Assembly: GCA_965602195.1 (NCBI GenBank) | Contig: CBFCYF010000002.1 | Location: 1-62,295 of the forward strand | Length of the DNA stretch: 62,295 bases | From: an uncultured archaeon | GTDB taxonomy: Archaea; Altiarchaeota; Altiarchaeia; IMC4; QMZM01 | Direction: 5' to 3' | Part shown: one piece after another, positions 1 to 9,017 of the stretch | Position numbering within the stretch: the stretch's first letter is position 1 | How the letters are laid out: each line of letters starts with the position of its first letter | Notes under the pieces: model-generated | Seen by the model: only the letters and a program-made list of their open reading frames with translations | Databases searched by the model: none | Told to the model about the DNA's origin: nothing | Translations under genes and position numbers: made by a program

Positions 1-171
1 CCACTATCCATAAATGATCCACAGACTGCTTACTCATCTCCCTTATCACTTCCCGTATGGGCTTATCACGCTTAACAACGGGGAAATCCTGGCTCATTAT
101 TTCCTTGGCAGGAGTCCGATAAAACCTCTTAATCTTCTCTGAAAACTCATCTTTTTCTTTTTCCATTTTGA
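1..171 (-). CDS. CBS-domain protein, N-terminal fragment; the gene runs off the window start
   Basis: ATG at 171-169 on the minus strand; translation MEKEKDEFSEKIKRFYRTPAKEIMSQDFPVVKRDKPIREVIREMSKQ... has the CBS-domain signature (hydrophobic-PVV ... I.EV...M). Partial. Confidence 0.4.
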
Positions 172-317
172 TGCACATTAATCCATAATGATTAATTATT
201 ATAAATGGCCCATATATAAATTAATATTTTTTGTGATTAACTACAGTCTTTTCTCTACTTGAAAAAGAGATAAACTAATATATAATCATATTTATTTAGT
301 CTAAAGGAGATATTCTA

Positions 318-1493
318 TTGATGGCGTTAATTCCGCTTGATGGAAAGGAGACTCCGGAAGAAGCCGGGGGGGAGGTAATTACAAAGAAGAAAGAGCTGGG
401 ATTTGACTTGAATACAGTAGCCATTATCCTAGTCTCCATGATCCTCTTGTTTTCATTACTGTTTTTCCCCCAAACCGTTGAGGGTTATAAGACGCCCATC
501 AACCAGTGGATGTTGATTTTATTATGCATACTTGCTTTAATTGCCTTGATGGTACCGAGAGTTATCGTAAAGTTTCTGGAGTATGAAAGGGGGGTGGTAT
601 TTAGGATAGGCAAGTTCGATAGGATCGCAGGTCCCGGGTGGGCTATAATATTCCCTTTCATGGAGACGTATGCGAGAGTTGATTTAAGGCTGCATGTGTA
701 CACCATAGACCCCCAGGAGGTGGTGACCAAGGATAAGGTGAGATTCCTGATTTCCCCTGAGGTATTTATGTACATATCAAATCCCACAGATGCTGTATTG
801 AATGTTGAGAACGCTAAGGCTGCGACCTTAGGATATATCACTTCTTCTCTGAGACATGTTGGCGGCAACTCAACATCAGACTATATCATATCTCACATGG
901 ATGAGGTATCTCATATGCTTGAGGAGTCAATCCATCACATATCCACTCATCCAGGAAGGGGGTGGGGGGTAAGCGTGCCCCGAGTCAAGCTGACCTTGGT
1001 GAGGTTCCCAGATAGGGTGCAGGATGCTATGCATGAGAAGGTAGCCTCTGAACAGCTAAAGCTTGCTGCTCACGAAAAGGCGGCTGCAACCAAAATAGAG
1101 ATCGATGCCATAAGAGAAGCGGGCGGCAAACTCACTGATCCTGCAATAACCTATATGTATCTGGAGGCCTTGGATAAGATAGCAAGAGGCAGAGCAACCA
1201 AGATTATACTTCCCCTTGAGGTATCTAAGCTTGCAGAAACCATAACAAAAAGAACAGGACAGACCACAGCCCCCCCTGGTTTGCCTCTGGAAACGATAAA
1301 CGAGTATAAGGGCATCATAGACAGCTATGAGAAAAGGCTGAGCAGTATAGAGCATGGGCTGGTCAGGGAAGGAAAAACAGAAGAAAAAAGAGAAAGTGAG
1401 GAACAGAAAGACGTGGGCGCTGAAGAAGAGCGGGATGAGGAATACGATAGAAAGATAAGGCGCATCAAAAAAAGACTTGGGATGGACAGCTGA
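318..1493 (+). CDS. SPFH/band-7 (stomatin/prohibitin-like) membrane protein
   Basis: N-terminal TM helix followed by YERGVVFRIGKF...GPG...IDLR, typical of stomatin/HflK/C; charged coiled-coil C-terminus. Confidence 0.8.
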   Translation: MMALIPLDGKETPEEAGGEVITKKKELGFDLNTVAIILVSMILLFSLLFFPQTVEGYKTPINQWMLILLCILALIALMVPRVIVKFLEYERGVVFRIGKFDRIAGPGWAIIFPFMETYARVDLRLHVYTIDPQEVVTKDKVRFLISPEVFMYISNPTDAVLNVENAKAATLGYITSSLRHVGGNSTSDYIISHMDEVSHMLEESIHHISTHPGRGWGVSVPRVKLTLVRFPDRVQDAMHEKVASEQLKLAAHEKAAATKIEIDAIREAGGKLTDPAITYMYLEALDKIARGRATKIILPLEVSKLAETITKRTGQTTAPPGLPLETINEYKGIIDSYEKRLSSIEHGLVREGKTEEKRESEEQKDVGAEEERDEEYDRKIRRIKKRLGMDS

Positions 1494-1513
1494 GGGTTTA
1501 GAATGCATTATGT

Positions 1514-2155
1514 CTAGCAGGAACCTATGCTAACCCCACAGCTTCCACTTGCGGCGGGGGGGCAAGCTGCACATTCCACACAATAATCCCAGAAATTCTG
1601 GTCGCATTCTAGACTTACATCGAACTTGTTTCCGTCTGCGCAAAAGTTATCGTGGCTGTATACCTCACTTCCTGCGGCAATTATATCTGGGAGAGGTTTT
1701 GAGTCAGATAAGTCATCCTCAAGACATAAGCTGTAGTTGAGGGTAAATACCTTTACCTTGATGTTGCTTAACGTATAATTCAGGGAGTTATCTACTGTAA
1801 GCTCCAGACTCATCTGGTCATCTGGAAGTATACTCTGCCAGTTACGGGCTGTTATGGTTGGGTGAGGCTGAGCTGCAGGTAGCTTATATATCATCGTAAC
1901 TATGGTGCCTGCTATAATTATTATCAACAGCGCTAGTATAACCATTATAATGCCTTTCTTTGCCTCCTCTCTTGCGGCAGGGTTGGTTGCGGTTTTCCAT
2001 TTTACCCCATGCACCACTATCAGGAGCACAGCAAATCCTGCTGCAATTCCATACAGCAGGGATATCATATCTGCTACTGTTTCGCCCATGACTCCTGCCG
2101 TAACCAGATTCGGGATCAATAATATCACCGAAATTTTTATTAATTCTTTTTTCAT
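1514..2155 (-). CDS. Hairpin-motif membrane protein paralog 1 with a Cys-rich C-terminal ectodomain
   Basis: N-terminal leader/TM followed by LYGIAAGFAVLLIVVHGVKWKTATNPAAREEAKKGIIMVILALLIIIIAG (a two-TM hairpin shared with three other proteins); C-terminal region with 8 Cys. Confidence 0.65.
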   Translation of the reverse strand: MKKELIKISVILLIPNLVTAGVMGETVADMISLLYGIAAGFAVLLIVVHGVKWKTATNPAAREEAKKGIIMVILALLIIIIAGTIVTMIYKLPAAQPHPTITARNWQSILPDDQMSLELTVDNSLNYTLSNIKVKVFTLNYSLCLEDDLSDSKPLPDIIAAGSEVYSHDNFCADGNKFDVSLECDQNFWDYCVECAACPPAASGSCGVSIGSC

Positions 2156-2173
2156 TGTTTTTCTTTCAGGGAA

Positions 2174-2476
2174 TCAGAACATCATAGAAACCAGTGCTGC
2201 TGCTATTATTATTATCGCTAGGCCGATGACGACGTTGATTATGCCTCGTTTTGCGTTTTCCCTTACATCAGGGTTGTCTGTTGTTTTATATTTGATTCCG
2301 TGTATTGCTATCAGGAGGATGGCGATCCCGGCTGCGATTCCATATAATATGTAGTTGATGTCTCCTATAGTCTCACTGAATGTCTGTGAAGTCGCAGTTG
2401 TGCTGCCTGCCACCATCTGGGTTGACACTACCGTTAGTATCCTGGTTGTCTGTAGGGGGTGTCTTTTACTTGCCAT
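2174..2476 (-). CDS. Hairpin-motif membrane protein paralog 2 (minimal form)
   Basis: C-terminal YGIAAGIAILLIAIHGIKYKTTDNPDVRENAKRGIINVVIGLAIIIIAAALV; 100 aa; separated from its neighbours by 18 and 5 nt. Confidence 0.65.
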   Translation of the reverse strand: MASKRHPLQTTRILTVVSTQMVAGSTTATSQTFSETIGDINYILYGIAAGIAILLIAIHGIKYKTTDNPDVRENAKRGIINVVIGLAIIIIAAALVSMMF

Positions 2477-2481
2477 GGGTT

Positions 2482-3003
2482 TTAGCCTAGGATGTATTTC
2501 ACAAATTCTACGGCTGTTATTATGAGGATTAATGCGATTATTATGTAGACTATTGATTTTTTTGCATTATCCCGGACCTCGGGGTCTTGGGATGTTAGTA
2601 TGTATATTCCGTTGACGATGAGCATGAGTATTGCGAGTCCGGCGGCGATCCCGTATACTGCTGTTTCGATGTCTTTCAGGAATTTCTTTAGTTCACAGTC
2701 GCCTTGACACTGCCTGCATAATAGTTTTGTTGCTTTTTCAATATCTGTTGTATCTGTTAGGTTTTCGCATTTCTCGCCTAGGATGTTGCAGGCTTCCGGG
2801 TCTGTGATGTTATATAGAAATCCGATGCTATGGCAGTATTCCTCAACTGACAGTGCGGTGCAGCAGCTGTCGCCCATGCATCTTTGGCCTGTGGGGCAGC
2901 CTTTTATCTTGCAGTCGTCGCATATAGCATCTACTGTTGGGACTCCGGACAGGATTACTACTATGAGTAAGAAAATGATCCTATTTTTCGTTGTCTCTGG
3001 CAT
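2482..3003 (-). CDS. Hairpin-motif membrane protein paralog 3 with a signal peptide and Cys-rich N-terminal ectodomain
   Basis: Signal peptide MPETTKNRIIFLLIVVILSGVPTVDA; CxxC-rich domain; C-terminal VYGIAAGLAILMLIVNGIYILTSQDPEVRDNAKKSIVYIIIALILIITA. Confidence 0.65.
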   Translation of the reverse strand: MPETTKNRIIFLLIVVILSGVPTVDAICDDCKIKGCPTGQRCMGDSCCTALSVEEYCHSIGFLYNITDPEACNILGEKCENLTDTTDIEKATKLLCRQCQGDCELKKFLKDIETAVYGIAAGLAILMLIVNGIYILTSQDPEVRDNAKKSIVYIIIALILIITAVEFVKYILG

Positions 3004-3057
3004 TTTAGAGTGGTGATACCATTTCCTGGGTGTCTATAGCATCCAAGAAGTTCCTCT

Positions 3058-3444
3058 TCAGTAAATAGATATGTGACAACTACTATAAAAGTTTATTGGA
3101 GGTAGTAATCGTATCATGATCATTGTCTTGCAATCATTGCTCTCACTCTGTCGCCGGTGTTTTCGGTATGATCTGCTACCGGGGAGACCATAGATAAGAA
3201 GATTTTTTTTGGCGGACTTGAAGGGGTTTACAATATCCTTGCTTATTGCTTGGGTGACGTGGGTGCCTATGAGAACAGCTCTCACTATGTTCCGGATGGC
3301 GGCAAGAAATACAGTTCCACTAACGGTTATCACACCACTATCCACTGAGGTGCCCATGGAATTTGCAACATCATTTACCCTGATGTTCCACGCCATATAG
3401 AAGCCTACGACCCCTGTGAGTATAATGATAAAGATTAATTCCAT
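3058..3444 (-). pseudogene. Truncated PiT-family inorganic phosphate transporter remnant
   Basis: The first ~75 aa (WNIRVNDVANSMGTSVDSGVITV...IGTHVTQAISKDIV) align to the PiT/PHO-4 N-terminal signature [20 protein letters not shown]...GAKVGETIRKGIIDV, but two signature Gly are replaced by R and D. Homology is then lost, and a full transporter would be 330-400 aa. Confidence 0.6.
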
Positions 3445-3621
3445 TGAATAGTAAGGGGATTAACATACCTTAATTCAGGTGTGCTCCAGTGCTTTGTCTA
3501 CTGCCTCTGGGTTATATCCTTCTTCCTTCAATATCTGCTTCAACACTGTTGGGTCCTCTCCCTCCTTCACTTCTTCTTTCACCCAATCTATCATTTCGTC
3601 TTTTTCTTTCTTCTTATCTGC

Positions 3622-4269
3622 TTATTTCTTTCCTTCCAGTCTTTTATAAACCAGAAACAGGATGATGCAGAGGGCTATGATAAATAGAACCACGTATAGG
3701 GTGTAGTCGGTATTCTGGGGGGTGTATGTTCTTCCGCAATCTGTGTCTTCCTCAACCGCACAGTCGGGGTCGCATCTGCCGTCTTCTATTCCATCGCAGT
3801 AGTTGTCCTGCCCTCCAGAGGGACAGTCTAGGGGGCAGTTAATGTAGTTTTCCTTTCTATCTGACTCACATATGGTGTTGTTGTTACAAACCAGAATCGT
3901 TGTCGTATTAGTAGTCGGCCTCACACTAGTCGTACTCGTTGATATGGTTGTTGTGGGTGGACTTTTGACTTTAACGGAGACGCAGTCGGATTTTCCTCCT
4001 TCATCGCATAACACTTTCAGGTAGTATGTTCCTTCTTTTGGGGGTGACCATTTTACTTCGCTACTGGAGATGGTAAATCCGTAGAGGGGTGAGCCCTCAC
4101 ATCGTGTTTCGAATACATCCAGTGATCCGGCTCCGTGTGGGCAATCTGAGGTACACCTGCAGTTGCCTACGTAGCATTCGGGACATGATATTGTGATCCC
4201 GTGTGCTGTTCCCATCAACATCAGTAGTATTATCCCTCCTGTTATCTTGTTCATGGTTTCACCGGGCAT
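3622..4269 (-). CDS. Membrane-anchored Cys-rich surface protein
   Basis: Signal peptide; two Cys-rich modules separated by a Thr-rich linker (SPPTTTISTSTTSVRPTTNTTT); C-terminal TM plus KRLEGKK anchor. Confidence 0.6.
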   Translation of the reverse strand: MPGETMNKITGGIILLMLMGTAHGITISCPECYVGNCRCTSDCPHGAGSLDVFETRCEGSPLYGFTISSSEVKWSPPKEGTYYLKVLCDEGGKSDCVSVKVKSPPTTTISTSTTSVRPTTNTTTILVCNNNTICESDRKENYINCPLDCPSGGQDNYCDGIEDGRCDPDCAVEEDTDCGRTYTPQNTDYTLYVVLFIIALCIILFLVYKRLEGKK

Positions 4270-7200
4270 GTTATGTCTATTACTTCGGTTGATTTAGACC
4301 ACGCGATTGGGTCTTCTAGTTTCGGGTCGGATTCCAGATATGCTCTCCATGATACTTCATAGTCGCCGGGTTCTACGGTAGAACAATAAATGATTCCTGA
4401 GGCGGTCCCTGTTCCTTCTGGGGCTACTGATGTCGAGACGGTTACAATTTTCCCTGTTTTAGTGTTCTTGAACAGGAATAATATGATAATGTCTTCTCCG
4501 GCACTGTTTTCATAATCTAGGTTGCATCTATATCCGCCTTCTATTGGACTACTGACGAAACTGTTGAATGAGTATTTGCCTGGAGTAATTGTGGTTGTTG
4601 TTGTGTCGGAGATGGTTGTTGTGGTGGTATCTGGTGGTGTGGTTGTTGTTGTGTCTGAGGTGGTGGTTGTGGTGTCGGAGATGGTTGTTGTGGTGGTTGT
4701 GGGGCATTCTGGGCATGGGTCAAGTTCTTCCATCAGGTATCTTATGACGTGTCCGCAGTCTGCTCCGTATAGGGTTGTGAATATATGGGCTTCGTAGCAG
4801 GATCCTGTGTTGGGTGTGTTTGGGGTCATTTCCAGGTCTATCCATATCCAGAATTGTTCTCCGCAGTGGGGGCCTTCCCTGATTTCTATCAGGGCCTCCT
4901 GTGATTCTCCGCCGCCTTCTGCACAACCTGTTTGCGTGCATCCTAAGTCTATGATCTTTATGTTATATTTGCTGTCCGTCACCCATGTGGGGTTGCTGTG
5001 GCTGTGGCAATCTGCTGGGATGGTGGTTGTTGTTGTGGTGTCTGATGTGGTTGTTGTTGTGGTGTCGGAGATGGTTGTTGTGGTGTCGGAGATGGTTGTT
5101 GTGGTGGTTGTTGGCGGCGTTCCCGGACAATCCACTGGATCTGTTATGCATGAGCCAAGGGCACAATTTGTAATGGTGCTACACCCCCCATCCATACAAT
5201 AACTCTCAAGAACATCAAGAGGCCAGGGGAGTTCTCGGTCACACCATTCGCAGCTGTTATCCAGGCATTCGTGGCAGTTGTCAAGATCTCCGCATTCTGT
5301 AGGTATCACACAAGCTCCGTTTTTGCATCCGTAGCCGGTTGGGCACGTGATGTCGATGGTTTCTATATAGTATGTGTCGACGCAGTAGTGTTCCCTTAGT
5401 TTATCACCTATGCAGGCGTCTTTTCCTCCTGTTCTGATTCGTGCGTCTCTTTCATTGGCGGCGTGTTTTCTGAAACCATATGTGTGTGCTTGTGTATAAT
5501 AGTCTTTTCCATTATCCGGGTCTGAGCATGGTTGTTTGGTGGAGTCAAATACTCTGCAACTGTCGGTTTCTTGATCCCAGTAGCATGTTGTGATGTCAAG
5601 GCAATTATCCATTGTTTTTTTATCTAAGCATTCACTTGTGTTTATCGTTGTAGTGGTGGTTGTATCTCCCGTTGTAGTAGTGGTTGTATCTCCCGTTGTA
5701 GTAGTGGTTGTATCTCCCGTTGTAGTAGTGGTTGTATCTCCGCAGCATATGTCTCCGCAGCAGCCGCTGGTGCAGTCTTTCACGTATACCCAGTGATAAA
5801 TTGCTGTGGTTGTTGTGGTGTCTGATGTGGTTGTTGTTGTGGTGTCTGATATGGTTGTTGTTGTGTCGGAGATGGTTGTTGTTGTGTCTGATGTGGTTGT
5901 TGTTGTGTCTGATGTGGTTGTTGTGGATGAGCTTGTGGATGATGTGGTGGATGAGCTTGTGGATGATGTGGTGGATGAACTTGTGGATGATGTGGTGGAT
6001 GAACTTGTGGATGATGTGGTGGATGAGGTTGTGGTTGTGTCACAGTCTACAACCTTGAAGCTGTTTTCCTCTTCTGCTTCACACCCGTTTATTATTGCCT
6101 CTACGACAAACCTTCTGGTCCCAGGGATACCAAGATCGTCACTCCACTCATAGACGCCAGTAGTGACCCGTTCAAAGCCGTTCGTAACTAAAATACCATC
6201 TGGGTAGGGGTGGTATGGGTTGTAGAGTATTACCCGATACCAGGATGGGTCTGTCAACTTTCCATCATATCTAAATCTTAGGGTTGCAGTGAATGTATCA
6301 CCTTCACAGTATTCATCCTTATCGAATTTAATTTCTACGGAACAGTCTCCGCCACAGTATACAACCTCAACGCTGTTTTCCTCTTCTGCTTCACATCCCT
6401 CTATTGTTGCTTCTGCATCCACCTCCAGGGTTCCTGTTGCCACCATCGTGAATCTCGCTTCCTGTATACCTTCTGACTTTTTTGTAAAACGATCTGAGTA
6501 ATCGCCTCCATCTACCAGCACCCTCCTCCAGGATGGATCCGTCAAGTCTCCATCATGTTTGAATTTTAGAGTTATTACTACTTCGTCTCCCACACAGTAT
6601 TCTGCTTTGTCAAATTCAATGTCTATGGAACAGTCTGGGGGTGTGCCACACTCACCAATCCAAAAACTTGTGGATGCAGGACTTGTATACGCCATTTGGT
6701 CTGCACTATCATATACCTTCCCAGAGAAGTGGTATGTGCCCTCTGTGGGTGGTACGTACGTCCAAGTATTGGAGCATGTAGTACTAGTCCCAGTGCACTG
6801 ATGGCTGTGCCACAAACCCCCATATTCGGCCTCGAGTTTAGCCATATCTATGTCGTCATACCCATTTATAGTGATATACATTGGCTGCCCGACACAAGGT
6901 GTAGCTGGGGTGTAGCTGAGGGTGCCAGACGGAGGATTATCCTGTGATGCTACGCATACTCCGTCCTCGCATGTTTTTCCTGCGTTACAGTCAGAGTCAA
7001 TGCGGCATTCTACTACATTAACATATACGCATTGTGGGTCTGTCCAACTCTCCTGGGAGCTACTATCAAGTACATAGCCACAGTACTCATATGTGCCTGT
7101 GGTCGACTCTGAGAAATCCCAAAATTTTATGCATTCAGTCTGAGTTCCAGAGCAAGATTGATGGTGCCAGGTGTTACCATACCATGCACTGACTTTAGCT

Positions 7201-7775
7201 ACATCTATATCATCCCTCCCATTTACAGTGATTTCTATCTGCTCCCCAATAAGGGCGGGACCGCCAGATGGCCAGACAGCCAGGAAACCCCAGGGAGGAT
7301 TATCCTGTGATGCTACGCATACTCCGTTTTCGCATGTTTTTCCTGCGTTACAGTCAGAGTCAATGCGGCATTCTACTACATTAACATATACGCATTGTGG
7401 GTCTGTCCAACTCTCCTGGGAGCTACTATCAAGTACATAGCCACAGTACTCATATGTGCCTGTGGTCGACTCTGAGAAATCCCAAAATTTTATGCATTCA
7501 GTCTGAGTTCCAGAGCAAGATTGATGGTGCCAGGTGTTACCATACCATGCACTGACTTTAGCTACATCTATATCATCCCTCCCATTTACAGTGATTTCTA
7601 TCTGCTCCCCAATAAGGGCGGGACCGCCAGATGGCCAGACAGCCAGGAAACCCCAGGGAGGATTATCTCCTGCAACAGAGCCTGCCAGAATAACCGTAAT
7701 CAAAACCAAACATAGGAGTAAACTCTTCCATCTCATTTTACTTCCCTTCCCGTGGCTGATACTATATGACCTCAT
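4251..7775 (-). CDS. Giant secreted adhesin-like surface protein (1174 aa) with a tandemly duplicated domain and Thr/Ser-rich linkers
   Basis: N-terminal signal peptide (a more likely start is M14 at 7736). It carries two identical 121-aa domains (DNPPWGF...CVASQ) plus a divergent third copy, multiple Cys-rich modules, and DTTTTT(S/I), GDTTTTTT and STSSSTTSS linkers. Confidence 0.75.
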   Translation of the reverse strand: MRSYSISHGKGSKMRWKSLLLCLVLITVILAGSVAGDNPPWGFLAVWPSGGPALIGEQIEITVNGRDDIDVAKVSAWYGNTWHHQSCSGTQTECIKFWDFSESTTGTYEYCGYVLDSSSQESWTDPQCVYVNVVECRIDSDCNAGKTCENGVCVASQDNPPWGFLAVWPSGGPALIGEQIEITVNGRDDIDVAKVSAWYGNTWHHQSCSGTQTECIKFWDFSESTTGTYEYCGYVLDSSSQESWTDPQCVYVNVVECRIDSDCNAGKTCEDGVCVASQDNPPSGTLSYTPATPCVGQPMYITINGYDDIDMAKLEAEYGGLWHSHQCTGTSTTCSNTWTYVPPTEGTYHFSGKVYDSADQMAYTSPASTSFWIGECGTPPDCSIDIEFDKAEYCVGDEVVITLKFKHDGDLTDPSWRRVLVDGGDYSDRFTKKSEGIQEARFTMVATGTLEVDAEATIEGCEAEEENSVEVVYCGGDCSVEIKFDKDEYCEGDTFTATLRFRYDGKLTDPSWYRVILYNPYHPYPDGILVTNGFERVTTGVYEWSDDLGIPGTRRFVVEAIINGCEAEEENSFKVVDCDTTTTSSTTSSTSSSTTSSTSSSTTSSTSSSTTSSTSSSTTTTSDTTTTTSDTTTTISDTTTTISDTTTTTTSDTTTTTAIYHWVYVKDCTSGCCGDICCGDTTTTTTGDTTTTTTGDTTTTTTGDTTTTTTINTSECLDKKTMDNCLDITTCYWDQETDSCRVFDSTKQPCSDPDNGKDYYTQAHTYGFRKHAANERDARIRTGGKDACIGDKLREHYCVDTYYIETIDITCPTGYGCKNGACVIPTECGDLDNCHECLDNSCEWCDRELPWPLDVLESYCMDGGCSTITNCALGSCITDPVDCPGTPPTTTTTTISDTTTTISDTTTTTTSDTTTTTTIPADCHSHSNPTWVTDSKYNIKIIDLGCTQTGCAEGGGESQEALIEIREGPHCGEQFWIWIDLEMTPNTPNTGSCYEAHIFTTLYGADCGHVIRYLMEELDPCPECPTTTTTTISDTTTTTSDTTTTTPPDTTTTTISDTTTTTITPGKYSFNSFVSSPIEGGYRCNLDYENSAGEDIIILFLFKNTKTGKIVTVSTSVAPEGTGTASGIIYCSTVEPGDYEVSWRAYLESDPKLEDPIAWSKSTEVIDITCPVKP
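5647..5741. repeat. 24-bp coding tandem repeat x4 (GDTTTTTT)
   Basis: gttgtagtagtggttgtatctccc is repeated four times. Confidence 0.85.
5921..6030. repeat. 27-bp coding tandem repeat x4 (STSSSTTSS)
   Basis: The unit gatgatgtggtggatga(g/a)cttgtg is repeated; similar imperfect ggttgttgttgtggtgtcggagatg repeats occur at about 4596-4720, 5021-5115 and 5806-5900. Confidence 0.8.
6931..7656. repeat. Perfect 2 x 363-bp tandem duplication inside the giant gene
   Basis: Sequence 6931-7293 is repeated at 7294-7656 with no visible mismatches; it encodes the duplicated 121-aa domain. Confidence 0.9.
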
Positions 7776-7777
7776 TT

Positions 7778-8596
7778 TTATTCACACCTATATAACTTAG
7801 AATCGGCACAGCATGTGGCGCCGAAGGTCGGGCACTCACCTCCCTCAACGCATTGTGTTATCGTCGTAGTGGTTGCTGGAGTAGTTGAGGTAGTGGTTGT
7901 ATCCGTCGTCGTAGTGGTTGATGGAGTAGTTGAGGTAGTGGTTGTATCCGTCGTCGTAGTGGTTGCTGGAGCAGTTGTTGTCGTGACTACAGCTTCACAG
8001 TCCAGCAGGCATAACTCATAATAAACCTCGGCGGCCTCATAACATGCCTCTTTAAGTCCACTGCATACGCTGCTGGGATACCCTGCCCTAGTGCAGAGCT
8101 CGTATCTCCCATCACATGTTTCATGACGGTACTCTTTTGTGAGATCACATATCTCCGTGCATGAGGATGTCGCTTGGAGGATATTCACAATCGGCTCCCC
8201 GGAGTAGACTCCGGCATAAGAGCAGTCGGCTTCACCCATATCCTTATGTCCAAGATAGAATATAATGATGTCACTCACCTGCTCCCTGCTGAACCTGCTG
8301 GTGCCCACCGGTTTAGTAGTGTAGTCTCCCACCACCTCATGCACCATAGACCTGAAATCAGCATCTGAGGGGCAGGGAAACGGTTGGTCAGGAGGGCATA
8401 ACCCGACAAGCTCCTCGATTTCGCCGTCACTGAGGGAGGTGTATGTCTTCAGGTAATCCCTCATCTTGTCCTCCACCTCCCTATCAAAGCTCTGGTCAAA
8501 ATCAAAAGCCAAGGAGTTTGAGATCAGGAGCAATAGAGACAACAATATAGACATCAAAATAATTTTATTTCCTATGTTCTTCGTTATATTTAACAT
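7778..8596 (-). CDS. Secreted protein with a Thr-rich C-terminal linker and terminal Cys knot
   Basis: Signal peptide MLNITKNIGNKIILMSILLSLLLLISNSLA; a C-terminal 15-aa repeat TTTTTDTTTTSTTPS; it sits 2 nt upstream of the giant gene. Confidence 0.6.
   Translation of the reverse strand: MLNITKNIGNKIILMSILLSLLLLISNSLAFDFDQSFDREVEDKMRDYLKTYTSLSDGEIEELVGLCPPDQPFPCPSDADFRSMVHEVVGDYTTKPVGTSRFSREQVSDIIIFYLGHKDMGEADCSYAGVYSGEPIVNILQATSSCTEICDLTKEYRHETCDGRYELCTRAGYPSSVCSGLKEACYEAAEVYYELCLLDCEAVVTTTTAPATTTTTDTTTTSTTPSTTTTTDTTTTSTTPATTTTITQCVEGGECPTFGATCCADSKLYRCE
7861..7980. repeat. 45-bp coding tandem repeat of about 2.7 copies
   Basis: tcgtcgtagtggttg(c/a)tggagtagttgaggtagtggttgtatccg is repeated. 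Confidence 0.8.
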
Positions 8597-8663
8597 TTTT
8601 TTTCAGGTTAATGGGATGAGTAATCCTTTTAGGTGGTTAAGCTGCCTCCTCTGGTTCCATGAT

Positions 8664-8978
8664 CTAGCTTACAGTGAGACAGCATTTCTTCAGGTGTTTG
8701 CAGCACTCTTGTGGCGTCACCATGTTGAGTTCCCGGAGTTTTGTGTAGCATGTTCCGGCTTCGTCTGCGGCATTACATGCATCCACCTGGATGTCTGAGA
8801 GGGCTTCGGCTGGTGTCCCAGCTGGTAGCGTTGTTGTTTCCGCTGGCGGTTGCTCCGATGTCTCAGACGAGATAAGAACATATGCAAGTATACAGAGAAC
8901 TGCTATTCCGGTCACAGTAAATATCGTTTTACTCTCCATTCCACTACCTACTGTATTCTTTATTAATATATTATGCAC
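8664..8978 (-). CDS. Small secreted Cys-containing protein
   Basis: TM/signal segment IFTVTGIAVLCILAYVLISS followed by a Thr/Pro linker and 6 Cys; the start is probably the internal MESK. Confidence 0.45.
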   Translation of the reverse strand: MHNILIKNTVGSGMESKTIFTVTGIAVLCILAYVLISSETSEQPPAETTTLPAGTPAEALSDIQVDACNAADEAGTCYTKLRELNMVTPQECCKHLKKCCLTVS

Positions 8979-9017
8979 TAGACTACTATAAAAACATTTC
9001 GTTTGTTTAAGTTACAT

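Noticed and set aside
485-1508. Minus-strand ORFs (485-868, 1056-1508) inside the SPFH gene
   Set aside because: They are antisense to a well-supported conserved gene and give low-complexity, Cys/Phe-rich translations.
4522-6153. Plus-strand ORFs (V-rich, W/L-rich and PQ-rich translations) within the giant surface-protein gene
   Set aside because: These are reading-frame artefacts of the Thr-codon repeats (ACC/ACA antisense gives GGT/TGT), and their translations are extreme low complexity.
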